In this document: in pieces, positions 12,601 to 22,956 of the stretch
Layout of the letters: every line of letters begins with the position of its first letter
Numbering within the stretch: position 1 is the stretch's first letter
DNA from: Azolla caroliniana
Lineage: Eukaryota > Plantae > Polypodiophyta
Direction of reading: 5' to 3'
DNA: 64,000 bases
Assembly: GCA_043228905.1 (NCBI GenBank)
Contig: JBHGNT010000022.1
Location: 11,594,001 to 11,658,000 of the forward strand
Made by a program: the position numbers and the translations under genes
Notes under the pieces: generated by a model
Told to the model about the DNA's origin: nothing
Seen by the model: the letters and a program-made list of their open reading frames with translations, nothing else
Databases searched by the model: none

Positions 12601-15600
12601 GGCCGAATAAGCATAGGTGGCAGTGTTACCTCTTGACATGAATGAAGTATCATCTGCGGCTCTTTGCTTCCTCCTAAGTATTTCTAAGAGAGCTTGATCC
12701 TCTTCGGTGAACACCACCTTAGTTCCTTCCTCTTCTTTTGCTACCATCAAGTTTGCTTGGTAACCTCCTCGTGCACCTCTTCGGCCCCCTCGACCACGAC
12801 CTCTAGTTTGTCCACGTCCTCCATATTCTCTCTCCTTAGATGGTTTAGGGCAAGCATTCTTGAAATGACCAGCTTCACCACAATTGTAGCATTTTCGATT
12901 TTCACTTCCGCTTGTATTGGACACCATTAGTGCCGATCGTACCCCTGGAAGTCCGGTAGTGTCAGAGAGCAGCTTCATTCTACTCTCCTCTTGTATCATA
13001 GTCGCGATTGCCTCATCAAGTGTAGGAATTTCTGCCTTAGCTAGAAGAACTGCCCTTCTTTGATCAAATGACGGGTTGAGATGTTTCAAAAATTGCATAG
13101 TTCTTCTTTGAGCAGAAATTTCCTTGCTCTTACACTGAGGATCATTGCACACTGTCACAGGCGAGAAATGATCGTATTCTGCCCATAGACGCTCCAACTC
13201 TATGGCATATTCCTGGACCATCCTATCTCCCTGGCAAACAGCATCAATCTCCTGCTCGATTTGAAATACTCTCATGTTATTTCCCCTCCCTGCATACGTC
13301 TTTTGCAATTTCTCCCATATCTCCTTTACACTTAAAATTCCATCAACTGTTGTGGCGATTGATGGAATCATGGAGTTTAGGAGCCACGTGTACAATGACA
13401 TGTGGGTAGCTCTCCATGCTTTCCATTCATTGCTCGTTTTGATAGGAGGCTCTTTCTCTTCTCCCGTAAGGTAGCCGTCAAGGCTTCTTCCTGCCAAGGC
13501 ACCTATAATCCGACGCGACCAGCTCAAGTATGTGGCTGGTCCATCAAGTTTGAACTCAACTGGGAGGAGTTCAAGTCGGGGTGGTGGTTGCATTCCTGTC
13601 ACACCTCCAGATGCTACTATCTCAGCCTGTTTCATGTATTTCACCAATGTTTTCACCTCATCTTCATTCAATTTTGAGAACACATCATCCATCTTGTCAA
13701 CTTGGCCTATCTCTGCTTTCCTCTTCTGACTTTTTTTTTTTTTTTTTCCCAAGTCACCTCTCAATCACATAGCAATGTCATCCCAAATGAAACAAAAATC
13801 CCCCTTTCCTCTCTTGAATGCTAGGACAGTGCTGTTCCAATCACTGTCATTTCAGCAGAAGGGTAGATCTAGGGTTCTACAGAGGACAGATCTAGGGTTT
13901 TGCAGAGGGGCGGATCTATGCTCTGATACCATAAAGAAATATGAGAAAGCACATCTGTTCTGTAATATACATTCATTGGAGGGAGAAAATACAGAGATCT
14001 CTTATATTTACATGAGGAGAAGTCCCTCTTTATAAAGGCCAAGATCTGGCCGTTGGGCTAACTAGCTGTTGGGACTAACTAGCCGTTGGGCTAGCCGTTA
14101 CAACTTTTAAACATTCTCAACAAACACCATCACTTTAATTTTATCAAGGTTTACTAACAAACCTTTGTCCATACAAAACGAGTTTAAAACATTTGGTATC
14201 TTTGTATTCCCTCTGGAGAGTTGGAGATAAGCACAATGTCAATATATAGTAATATCTGATGGTTGTAACCGCTAAGCATGCTCCTAAACCACCAACTCTC
14301 TCTATTTAATGTGATACCTCATCTATATAGAGACCAAAGAGAGTGGATGATAATGGGCATCCTTGTTTAATGCTAATTATGCTAGCCACAGCCTCCAACA
14401 AACCATTGGGAGATCACACTTTTCCTCATAGGTTCCCCATTGCATATCTATAATGGCAGCAAACAGCTTCTAGCTCTTGTATGAGCTAAGCACTAAACAT
14501 CATTGCATATCTATAAGGACAGCAAACGGCTTCTAGCTCTTGTATGAGCTAAGCACTAAACATCAAAGGATTTCGGAAATCCACAAAGCAGAAAAAAACC
14601 CTCTTTTTATGGGCTTTGCCCTCCTTGAACTTAAGAGAAACAAGGAAAAGTTGTCGAAGGACAATAGTACAGGCACACAAACTCATCAACAAAGAACAAT
14701 CACAACTTTCTTTAGCCCCATCACTCATGCTACAAGTCAATCAAGGGCTACACAAATGGGCTCTCGACCAGGACATAACAAAGGGGTTACAATAGATTGG
14801 GCAATACAAATTTGCCGTGCACATAGGCCCCAGCCTGATGGACCACTCACACCACCCTGGCCATCGACAAATAAAGGCAAATATCTCCCGCTCATTGACA
14901 GATAACGGCCGATATCTCCCCCCATGGCAGGTGCTTCCCCCTTCGGAGACCTCTTCATTCTAGACTGACCAATGGTAGAGATCTTTCAAAGACAAGAATT
15001 ACAAAATATCTGACTTGAGAATCTTACATGTACAAATAATGAGATTCTTTAGTCGTTTTTTTATCTTTTTACTTTTTTTTTACTTAGTAACATTTATTTT
15101 AGTTTGTTCTCAAATACAACACAACCGTTACGATGTAATCTTTTGTTTGGTCTTATAGGCCATTTTGGCCTCTTAAAAGACGTTATATGTTTCTTTCTTT
15201 GTGCATCTGTCCTTCAACTCAAAGCATAGATATGCATGATTTAATCCAATAGGTCTAACATGCTTAGAAAACTCTCTTATTTTGGGTATAAGCGATGGAG
15301 ATTCCATGAGGTTATCGACTATGCTTGTCCAGCCACTGTGACAAACCACTATATATCATAAATCCATGTGCACTTCCCAAGTCTAGAAAGTATTTGCCGT
15401 ATTGTAACTTCACTCCTATCTAGAGCTTGTCAATTTAGAACAACCTCTGTTATAACCTTGCCATGCACAGCCTGGCTTTTGTCAAACATAGTTGTTTGTT
15501 CACCCTTAGTTCATTGATTGAAGTCTCCTAATAGAACTATATCACCCATATTATTATGATATAATCATATAATGGTAGATATGGTGATTCTCCAAGAGGT

Positions 15601-18600
15601 GCAAACCTCCAGTAGGCAAGCGGGAAGTAGCAAATTGTGATATCTCTCTCTAAGATCTACATCCTTATGCACAACATGCACTCCCTCATGGAGCTTCTCT
15701 TTGTACAATAAAAACTCCATTGAAGACTACTTGTTTTTGGTATCTGAACTATGGATTTCAGCCTCATACTATGGAGAAGACAATTCATCTACTTTAACAG
15801 CCTTCATTGATAGTGATTGGGCTGGCTGCTACAACACTCGTGTCTCACATAGTGGCAATTGTTTCATGATCGACAATTCCTGTGTTCCCTGGCACAACAA
15901 GAAGCAGCCAACAGTGGCAACATCAAGTTGTGAAGCTGAATATAGAGCAGCAATAAGCGCTACAGTAGAGTGTGTTTGGCTCATGAGATTATTGTCCGAT
16001 TTGTCACTTGAGCAACCATCTCCTACTTGTATATTTACAGATAGTCAAAGTGCCATGGCTATTGCAAGAAATCCTGTCTTCCATGCATGAACAAAACACA
16101 TTGAGGTTCACAATCATTATGTGAGGAAATAGTTCCATGCTAAAGAGATAAACTTGGTCAATGTACCAACTCATGAAATTGTTGCAGACATTTCTACAAC
16201 GGCTCTATCAAAAGAAAAGTTTGAATATTTTCGCAATGAACTGGGCATTCTTGCAACACCTGGATAATGACGACATTCAATTCACACCATTCACTTCAAG
16301 CGGGTTTGTTACACTTAATGTGTGTCCTATGAAATCTTTGGTGTGAACATAGTTATGTAATTGTTGGGTGTGAACATACTTAGAAAAATATGAACCTAGT
16401 TAAGCAACAGTTCGGAGTGAATATAGTTACAATAGTGTGAACCTACTTAAGTGGACCATTGGGTTTCCAGCTACCTGTAGATATTGGTTATATAAACCAT
16501 TCTACATCTTTGTAATGAAAGCTCGTTTTTTTCCTAATCTACTGATATTTTCTTAAGTCTTCTAATTGATCTTGTTGTGTGAGAGTTAGTCTCAGATCCC
16601 TGCATTTTCTGTCAATGACAAGGGTGGTGAGATCGTAGTCCATGGTGTCAAGCCTACGCGCACGGCAAATTGCTATTGCCCGATCTATTGTAACCCCTTT
16701 GTTATGTCTTGGTCAGAAGCCCATTTGTGCAGCCTATTTGTGAGGACTCAGTAGGTGTAATGAAGTGCTTGGAAAATGTACTTTTGCTTCTACGAATTTG
16801 TCCAAACCTATTATCTATGTCAAGGTCTGCGAATGTTGGGTATGAGGTAGTTTCTCACAATTAGCTGTTAATACAACATTGGGCAGGTAGTTGGATTCAC
16901 GGATCAGAGAGGGAATCTATTCAAGTTGATTGCATTAGTCATGACCACTGCAAAGGGATAGCTGACACAAAGCTATGACATTAGTCATTTGGGCACTTGA
17001 GTCTTCTAATACATTGCACTTCTAGAGCTAAACCATCTTCAAGTCAAACATTTATTCTTCTAATAGGAATTTCTATTTGTGAAGAGTATTTAACTCACAA
17101 CACCAGCAACTTTATCAATAGGAAAGCAGTGAACACCCTTACAAAGGGATGATAAAACAGAATGATCTTTCATGTGCTCCTAAGCGTGCTGATACAGATA
17201 CAGCTCAATGGCTTGAAGTAAATAACCATTCTTTAGTTTATTGACTATAGTCACTATAATATACATTAGTTTGGTAACCCACCTACTGCATTTACATCTC
17301 AACCCTCACTATCTGCTGACAATGGAGAACTTTTGGTGATTTAATTTGAATAAAAAAGGCTAGTGACGAGGAAAGTTTGAATAATGATAGTGGTATTGCT
17401 GATTGCTGTTCTGTTTTATAATATGTAATATCTAATTGTTATCATTGTCATTTTATATGAAGTTCATGTTGTCAAAAATATTATTATGGAGTCCCTACTC
17501 TTGAAAGTCTTCAGTTATTCTCTCACGTCTATTCATTCATTGCTATTCATGATTTAATCTTGTAAATGTCATCTTCTCCCATGTACTGTCCATTATGTTT
17601 ACTTCAAACACAAAATTTACCACTAAAAACATTTGAAAACATAGAATACTTAGTAATACAAACCAGAAAGCACAATTTGCGAAACCGTGGATCAATACGT
17701 GAGCAAATCCGCATAAATTCTGACTTCATCATCCCATCTCGATTTTCCACTGAGATGTCACATTCTATTCCAGTGTTGCAATGTTGGAACTTCACCACTG
17801 GCACTTTGGCCTTCAAAATAGGCTGTATAGCCTGTACAATCCCACCTGAAAGGCATGACAAAAGTCTGATGCATCCATACATAATGTGCAGATCATTAAT
17901 ATCAATGAGAAATAGTCAACCTACTGGCTTTAAGTTTGTACAGCAATTTAGTTAGTTTCTTGAGAAGCTGTATTCCCTGGTTACGATTGGTGGGATCAAC
18001 CCCGCTTGGTAAGTTTAATGAGATATCCAAATCACTAGTTGACGTAAACATGTTCATTGTGTAAGAACCAAATGCCCTCACAGAGCAGACACCATGTTGC
18101 TCTAAGATATCTCCAACTGGAATGTATCAGTTCATTGGATTAAGAAACAGCAATACTTAAAACAATATTCTTTTTTCTAGAAAAGAAAAGAAAAACTTCA
18201 TAATATATCATCAAAATACAATGGCCAACATGATTCAAGTAATGCGACCATCTATGTTAGCAGCGCAGTAGTTTTATAGGTTGAATTAAGGGCATGAACT
18301 CTCCATCATCAACCTTTGGGATCTAGCCAAGAAAACGTTCTCATGACGCTAAACTGGAAGGGTCAAATTCATCTCCCGATTAAAGTAAAACTAAACAGAT
18401 GATTAAAAGTAGATGTGAAAAACCTGACAACTTGTTTCTGACCAAATCATTCAGAAAGTTCAGTGTAGTTTCTCTAGCCTCATAGTCTTGACGAGTTGGT
18501 TGTAGACCCATGTAGATATCATTCAACTGTTTTTCCAGTAAGTCTATAGCATTTGGTGATAAAGGTGGTTGAGAAGCTGCAAGCTCTAATTCCAGTGCAA

Positions 18601-18777
18601 AAGCCTCTTTTTTAAGTCCTGGATAACATATTACACACTTAAATAATATAGGATTATATTAAATCTTCACTTAAAGACCATATGCTCATTTACAGGAAAA
18701 CGCCTTTGAATTACCATTGTTCATCACAATGACATCGTTTTGTGCAAATTCCTGCATCATATGGTCACCTTCAAGTG
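2734..18777 (-). CDS. HESO1: HESO1-like terminal nucleotidyltransferase (TUTase / non-canonical PAP family, closest to the plant NTP6/NTP7-type clade), spliced
   Basis: Manually spliced GT-AG exons with consistent phases: 18715-18777, 18424-18618, 17925-18101, 17664-17845, 5583-5678, 4732-4777, 4451-4572, 4060-4152, 2734-3666. Motifs: FGSYTMNMFTSTSDLDISL, AKVPVVKF..CDISVENRDG, VKAWANASGINSSKDHTLNSLSIILLVAFHLQTRIPAILPPFS, GLCVSTYQGTW, VQDF..NAARVV. The exact start codon is uncertain. Confidence 0.88.
2898..3233 (-). repeat. Coding tandem repeat, 4 x 84 bp (28 aa NSLPHPRYQGILPQEHPSQNDIDSMRQR)
   Basis: Four near-identical in-frame units in the last exon. Confidence 0.95.
3695..3940. repeat. Dispersed ~230 bp AT-rich intronic repeat (copies near 14978-15190 and inverted near 19700-19850)
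   Basis: Shared strings such as GTCTTATAGGCCATTTTGGCCTCTTAAAAGACGTT and GAGAATCTTAC. Confidence 0.75.
4060..4152 (-). CDS. HESO1-like exon (IIAVKDIWQQGLCVSTYQGTW...)
   Basis: AG/GT boundaries, 93 bp, in phase. Confidence 0.85.
4451..4572 (-). CDS. HESO1-like exon (...GFGIYNKDTVTQLFNSFLIQ)
   Basis: AG/GT boundaries, in phase. Confidence 0.82.
4732..4777 (-). CDS. HESO1-like exon (TRIPAILPPFSAILK)
   Basis: AG/GT boundaries, conserved PAILPP motif. Confidence 0.85.
5583..5678 (-). CDS. HESO1-like exon (VKAWANASGINSSKDHTLNSLSIILLVAFHLQ)
   Basis: AG/GT boundaries, 96 bp, family motif. Confidence 0.9.
5772..6002. mobile_element. hAT-like MITE (older)
   Basis: Termini CATAG...CTATG; degenerate 8-bp TSD CTCGTAAC / CTTGTAAT. 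Confidence 0.55.
6011..6686. mobile_element. hAT-like MITE
   Basis: 12-bp TIR CATAGATTGACA / TGTCAATCTATG; perfect 8-bp TSD CTTGTAAT. Confidence 0.85.
6941..8000 (-). mobile_element. Degenerate Ty1/Copia remnant (3' LTR ~6941-7221 plus deleted pol fragments)
   Basis: PPT-like GAGGGAC followed by TGTTAAT on the minus strand; SLYRLKQAPWQ RT motif. Confidence 0.6.
8490..9019 (-). mobile_element. LINE remnant, 3' part (C-terminal Zn-finger-like QLKTSSCQLEIE...ICPFCHQGVE..YVCHC)
   Basis: Non-LTR ORF2 C-terminal motif; continues on the other side of the Copia insertion. Confidence 0.6.
9025..14122 (-). mobile_element. Full-length Ty1/Copia LTR retrotransposon (Ale-like), intact and very recent
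   Basis: Identical 191-bp LTRs 9025-9215 and 13932-14122; TSD AACAC (9020-9024, 14123-14127); PBS TGGTATCAGAGC (tRNA-iMet) at 13920-13931; PPT GAGGGGGAG; single uninterrupted ORF. Confidence 0.98.
9223..13764 (-). CDS. Copia Gag-Pol polyprotein (Gag, CCHC knuckle, PR, IN, RT, RNase H)
   Basis: CYNCGEAGHFKNAC, WIIDSGAS, HSDVWGP..SDNGTEY..NGVAERKNR, YVDD, DSDWA..EAEY..RTKHIEID; true start may be the downstream MDDVF. Confidence 0.97.
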   Translation of the reverse strand: MRGDLGKKKKKSQKRKAEIGQVDKMDDVFSKLNEDEVKTLVKYMKQAEIVASGGVTGMQPPPRLELLPVEFKLDGPATYLSWSRRIIGALAGRSLDGYLTGEEKEPPIKTSNEWKAWRATHMSLYTWLLNSMIPSIATTVDGILSVKEIWEKLQKTYAGRGNNMRVFQIEQEIDAVCQGDRMVQEYAIELERLWAEYDHFSPVTVCNDPQCKSKEISAQRRTMQFLKHLNPSFDQRRAVLLAKAEIPTLDEAIATMIQEESRMKLLSDTTGLPGVRSALMVSNTSGSENRKCYNCGEAGHFKNACPKPSKEREYGGRGQTRGRGRGGRRGARGGYQANLMVAKEEEGTKVVFTEEDQALLEILRRKQRAADDTSFMSRGNTATYAYSATSTSNTNTLASTPEWIIDSGASRHVTGNASEFSSYTHLSMPESIQIADGTIQPVVGIGTVKCTDSVTLSNVLHAPSFPVNLLSISSIIHQLKCVVSFDIPKVIFQEKGTGRRLGTGTWHSGLWYLDREGLDSALASMVEGIDVRGSRMSYEDLLILHHQRMGHASYGILSRVYPHLFEKADKTKLVCDACEFGKLTKSSYASSGHRSSHAFDVIHSDVWGPCPTSSINGYRYFVSFIDCFSRVTWLYLMRKKNEVFACFKDFHKAVQTQYGAVVKVLRSDNGTEYANMTFRAYLSDQGIQHQTTCPYTPEQNGVAERKNRHLLEVTRSMMISMNVPKQLWGQAVLTAATLINRMPSRVLEWKSPCELLQGNNSGILPLKVFGCVCFVKDSRPSVGKLDPKAVKCVFVGYSATQKGYVCWSPVEKRLFVSMDVHFRESEPYYKQGVTSPFDDLIQTENMREGDNCERLLKIGSIPLLIPTSAEKEVSVGGTEEEGNEDEEPICVGTQVEGELKVYTRKRRQKDGNVNTSSAPHVPSSSMSRPASTSEIPTELPNREITGDMISSPSPIEIRRTSRSNAGVPPDRYGFPHDIAQFISYSNISATHRAFIASLDSVTLPKCWQVAKEDPKWKAAMQEELGALEKNKTWEIVSLPPGKKAVGCKWVFTIKQTPEGKIDRYKARLVAKGYSQTYGIDYDETFAPVAKMSTVRTLISLAVNKDWKLHQLDVKNAFLHGELMEEVYMDVPPGFGTIQTVGKVCKLRKSLYGLKQSPRAWFDRLRRAMVGMGYQQTNADHTVFFRQHKDHTTLLAVYVDDIIITGNDEGEIAQLKMQLGKEFEVKDLGLLRYFLGIEVARGAEGVVLSQRKYVLDLLKETGMLGCRPVASPIDQKIKLTELAGEKVDRERYQRLVGRLIYLTHTRPDISFAVSVVSRYMHDPRKDHMDAVYHILRYLKGAPGKGLIFRKHGHFNIEGYCDSDWASCAEDRKSTSGYCMFVGGNLVSWKSKKQSVVARSTAEAEYRAIAIGVAEMLWLRTLLVELKVNQENQMMLWCDNKSAISIANNPVQHDRTKHIEIDRFFIKEKLDNGILKLSHVSTEHQVADCLTKGLGPVSLTRLCDKMGLVDIFHPS
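14128..14700 (-). mobile_element. LINE RT remnant (host of the Copia insertion)
   Basis: Minus-strand IKQGCPLSSTLFGLYIDE and KKRVFFCFVDFR motifs. Confidence 0.7.
15650..16600 (+). mobile_element. Degenerate Ty1/Copia 3' remnant (RNase H plus LTR from ~16307)
   Basis: DSDWAG...EAEYRA...DSQSAMAIARNPVFHA*TKHIEVH with stops and frameshift. Confidence 0.8.
17664..17845 (-). CDS. HESO1-like exon (AKVPVVKF...CDISVENRDG...IDPRFRKLCFL)
   Basis: Carries the third catalytic Asp region; AG/GT boundaries. Confidence 0.9.
17925..18101 (-). CDS. HESO1-like exon with nucleotidyltransferase GS..DxD motif
   Basis: RAFGSYTMNMFTSTSDLDISL; donor GTAGGT gives the correct phase. Confidence 0.9.
18424..18618 (-). 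CDS. HESO1-like exon (LEKQLNDIYMGLQPTRQDYEARETTLNFL)
   Basis: AG/GT boundaries, N-terminal helix motif of the family. Confidence 0.85.
18715..18777 (-). CDS. HESO1-like small upstream exon (contains candidate ATG ATG start)
   Basis: AG/GT boundaries, 63 bp, in phase with the next exon. Confidence 0.55.
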
Positions 18778-21700
18778 CTAGCACAACAAGAAAAATATAG
18801 TTTATTGAGAATTTGTTTAAGGTTGAGGAATTGAAATATCAGAGCCAAACTCATTTTCCAGTTTCCATATTGTTGATATTTTCTTCATTCATAAATACCT
18901 AAAAGAAAAACGCATTAAGCCTTGCCAAATTTATGCAGTTGAAAACACAACACATGCCCACAACACAAAGATCTGACATGACAATAGACAAAAGAACATC
19001 AAGAAGGGTGTATGCATGCAGACGTTCAATGAAGTCTGAAGATCCTGCTTCACAAGAAAAATTTGTACAACACAGATCTCTGACAAGACAATAGATAAAA
19101 GGATATCAAGAAGAATGTATACATGTGGCACTTCAATGATGTCTGAAGATCCTTCTTCACAAAAAAAATATCTCCATCAACAACATTAGAAATGAAATTC
19201 TCTTATATGAAATAATCCAGAACCCTTTCACTTATACACTTTGTCCTGCTATACAGCACACTTGGTTTTTACCCTCCCTAGCAAAAAATAGCACCCCTAA
19301 TACTTAAAACAACGTTTAAAAGCATATAAGCTTAATAAAATTCTAACCTCGTACAATGATGGCGTTGACACATACTGTCAAGATATTCCAAAATGCATAT
19401 CATCTCACTCTCACACCCGTGTAACTTGCCAAAGAAGGCTTATTCTCAAACCCTTTTTGCTTTTTAATAGGGTACAAATATGGCATTTCTTTCTTTCGAT
19501 TTGATTGATGCATCAAAACAAAGAGATTGTTGTATGGCTGTCTTTAATATTTCTTAGGAGGATATCTTCAAAGGCTCAATCAAAATATCTACCTCCCACA
19601 TAAAAATCTTTGGTTGTGGTCATTTATAATAGACTTCATGGGTGAAAATGCATTGAGGTTGTGAACTGTTTCTGGCTCTTCCTGTGGTGGGTGAAAGAAA
19701 GAAAGATATATTAAAATCTTTTAAGAGGCCAAAATGTCCTATAAGACCAAATAAGAGATTACATCTTGAGTGTTTTCTCGTCTTTGAGAACAAATCAAAA
19801 TAAAATAAATATTACACAGTAAATATAAAAGTAAATAAGATGAAAAGAGAAGAAACGAGGGAATCTGGTGAGAAAAAAAAACTCAGGGGAAATTGTGATG
19901 GCTGCATACGAAAGCCAAGGTTTAGAAATGGAACACAAAAGTTATAAATGGGTGATAGTTACAAAAGCAGTAAATACTTTTAGCAGATTTTGCAGAAGAA
20001 AACAAAAAAGCACAAAGAGGTGGCATTTTCTTTCTCTGGGTGTTCTTTATAGCCTTGACTACCAAGTTTCCAATAGATCCTTGACAACCCAATTTTGGAT
20101 CTCAACCGCATGATCTTAATCGTGTGGACAAAACACACTTGTGAAGCTGGGCACAGGGTAAACTCTTGAAAAGCAAATGAATACACCTTCCAGGGGACAA
20201 GAGACAAGAAATCCAGATAACCATCACTAACCTCTTGTCATAATTCCACCCACATTGGTCCTGGGCCACGACCTCAAGTACCTCATCCACAACCTCATTA
20301 TCTCAAAAAGATAAAAATCATTACTACCTGTCGTTGGAATCATTGGTCACACTATTGCAATCCTTTTTTATCTAGAATGTCCAATGATGGGATACTAATG
20401 ACAGCCCTCGATTTTAATTTTAATTTTTAATTTGTTTATAGACATTTACTATGCTTATGATAAGATGCAATTATGTTAATTTATATATTTGTAACAAAAC
20501 TTTGGCCTCATAAAATTTGGCATTTCATAGATAATACTGTTTCTTTCTAACTGTTTGTACAAAAAAGTTGGCTGCCTATAAAAGCATCATGATATAAGAT
20601 GAACACATATCCGTGTAGCTGAAGCTTGAAACATGATGAAGAATCTAATTCATCTTTGCTACTTGTAATTGTTTTTTCTTTTTCTATCAGGGAAAAATCC
20701 TTCAAATTTTCTATGTGAACTGATTCTGAGGGAAATACAAAAGCAATGGACAAAAACAAAAATATCATGCAGTTAAAGAAATATTGGTAGTATTTGGTGT
20801 TTTATTTGACTATTTTTAGAAAAACCGGTATTTATATTACCATAACAAAAACCATCGGAATTGTCAAGTAGTTTAAATTTCTCCAGATTGAACACAAGTA
20901 GTATATAAAAATACTATAATTAGAATATCTGTCATCAATCAATGCTGAGAAAATCTGTGCAGAACCAACCATTACGAGGGTCTGTTCTGTATCCAAGGTG
21001 CCACTGGAGTACCAGTAGTAGTGGACATGAAAACCAGATTCAAAGAAAATCCTCATTGAATAAACGCACGCATGGTTTATGTTGTGACCAGAGAACTGCT
21101 CCCCAAGTGATATATCTAGAGTGCAAGTGAGCACATGAAATAAATAGACCAGCGCACAACACATTTCATGAGCATGGTAACAAAATCCGACAAAAACCCT
21201 TGCGTTGAATAAATGCGCACATAGTTTATGCTGTAACCAGAGAACTGCTCCCCAAGAGATATACATAGGGTGCAATTGAACACACAAAATAAATAGACTA
21301 GCACACATCACATTTCATGAGCATGTTAACAAAGCCATAACAATTAACCAGTTTGAGTACATTTATACGCATTCACATAAAAAAAGGTGAAGCAGCCTCT
21401 TTACATAAAGAGTAGATGGTCTGGTTTTTTGAATCAAATTGTATTGAAAGGTGGTAAAGTGGCCCAAATTGATTAATTGAGGGAAGCATAAAGGCTTTAA
21501 GCAGCAGCACAGAGGGGTAAAGCAGCGCTCTAAGAAAGATGAACAACCTGCCACCTTTTTTAATAAGATTGAGATCGTATGAAACCCTGGTGTACATGAT
21601 TTTTTATTTGCCCAAGGTTCAAATAGCCATAAGAGTAATTTTCTCTTTCCAACGATGGCCTCCCTTAGTCTCAAGAGTGGCCACTCCTTTGATATAAGAT

Positions 21701-22782
21701 ATTTACCGTTGCTAAATTTTCAGCAGTGTAAAGTGTTGCATTCAGAACCAAATATAATGAGATTTTATCTAAATCCAAGATTGTGTAAGACTTTCACTCT
21801 TGAGAATAAGTTGACGGTTTTCTTCCCTATCTCTAGTATGAAAACTTCCATGACATACTCAGACCTCATCAATGTGAATACAATGTATTGTGAAAGGCAG
21901 ACAATGTTTGTTTTTCCTAGATCCATATTAATCCACAGAAAAACTATAAATATATAACTTTCAATGTGTATGTAACATGATTATACCAAGAACCACCATT
22001 AGATATCATTGCCAGAAGAAGATAGCTGCGATACCAATTTGCATGCCTCTCCAAGATTTCAACCAGCACATATGACATGACACAATAAAGAACCATGAAT
22101 ATGGACATTACACTCACTCCCTTAACTATCGATTAAGCAATACATGAGCTAGCCCTCATGACGAAGGTCACTACACTGCATTGGCGAACTATGCAAGAAT
22201 GCTGATGGCTAAAGTTGAGAAATGGATATCATTCAGTTGATCCAGGTTTGTGTTTTAGGAACCAACTAACACAACTCATTAGCATCCCTCTACCTAAGGG
22301 TCTTCGTATGCCAGAGGAATAATATCGTCATACAGGCTGGATATCACAAGGGCGCACGCACACGCACACACATACGGAGAGGTTTGAGATGTCATGGATG
22401 ATACGTTCATGAAAGATGTTTAAAATTAAAAAAATGCAGTTTTTCTTCTGCTGCTGCTGATACTACTCATCTTCTATTTGTTGATACATCTCAATTCATT
22501 CATATTCTTCACTTTTCAACATGTCTACACTTATTCTGTGTATGCATTTGTTTTTCCACAGATTTACTCTAGAGAAGGCCAAACACAGCCACTAGAATGA
22601 GGGACTTTCAGTAACAATTTTGGTGGGTTATTTAAGAGCATCCGAGGAACACAGGTGCTGTTATCTTTTACCCTAAAACAGAGAACGAGACAATATGCCT
22701 TCTTTCTTTACAAAAAAAGCCTCGATTGACTCCATGCATGCATAGGAATGAAGACATTAAAGGATTTAAAGGCGGAGCTTAC

Positions 22783-22920
22783 CTGGAAATATAACACACA
22801 GAGACAGCGATCGTGAAGCAGGACACACACCGAGCTCTTGACCTAAATCATCACAAACCCCTCTCTCTGTCTCTCTGTCTCTGTCTCTGTCTCTCTGTCT
22901 CTGTCTCTACTGTGGGAAAA
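22783..22920 (-). other. Probable first (5' UTR) exon of the HESO1-like gene
   Basis: Strong donor CAG/GTAAGC at 22783/22782; GA-rich microsatellite typical of plant 5' UTRs. Confidence 0.45.
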
Positions 22921-22956
22921 ATCTTGTATATGCTTCATAAGCTATGCTCAGCCCGG

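Noticed and set aside
18850-20730. Possible extra N-terminal exons of the HESO1-like gene (~18860-18898 and ~20612-20726)
   Set aside because: Good acceptors, but no canonical GT donor giving a stop-free in-phase join; needs transcript data
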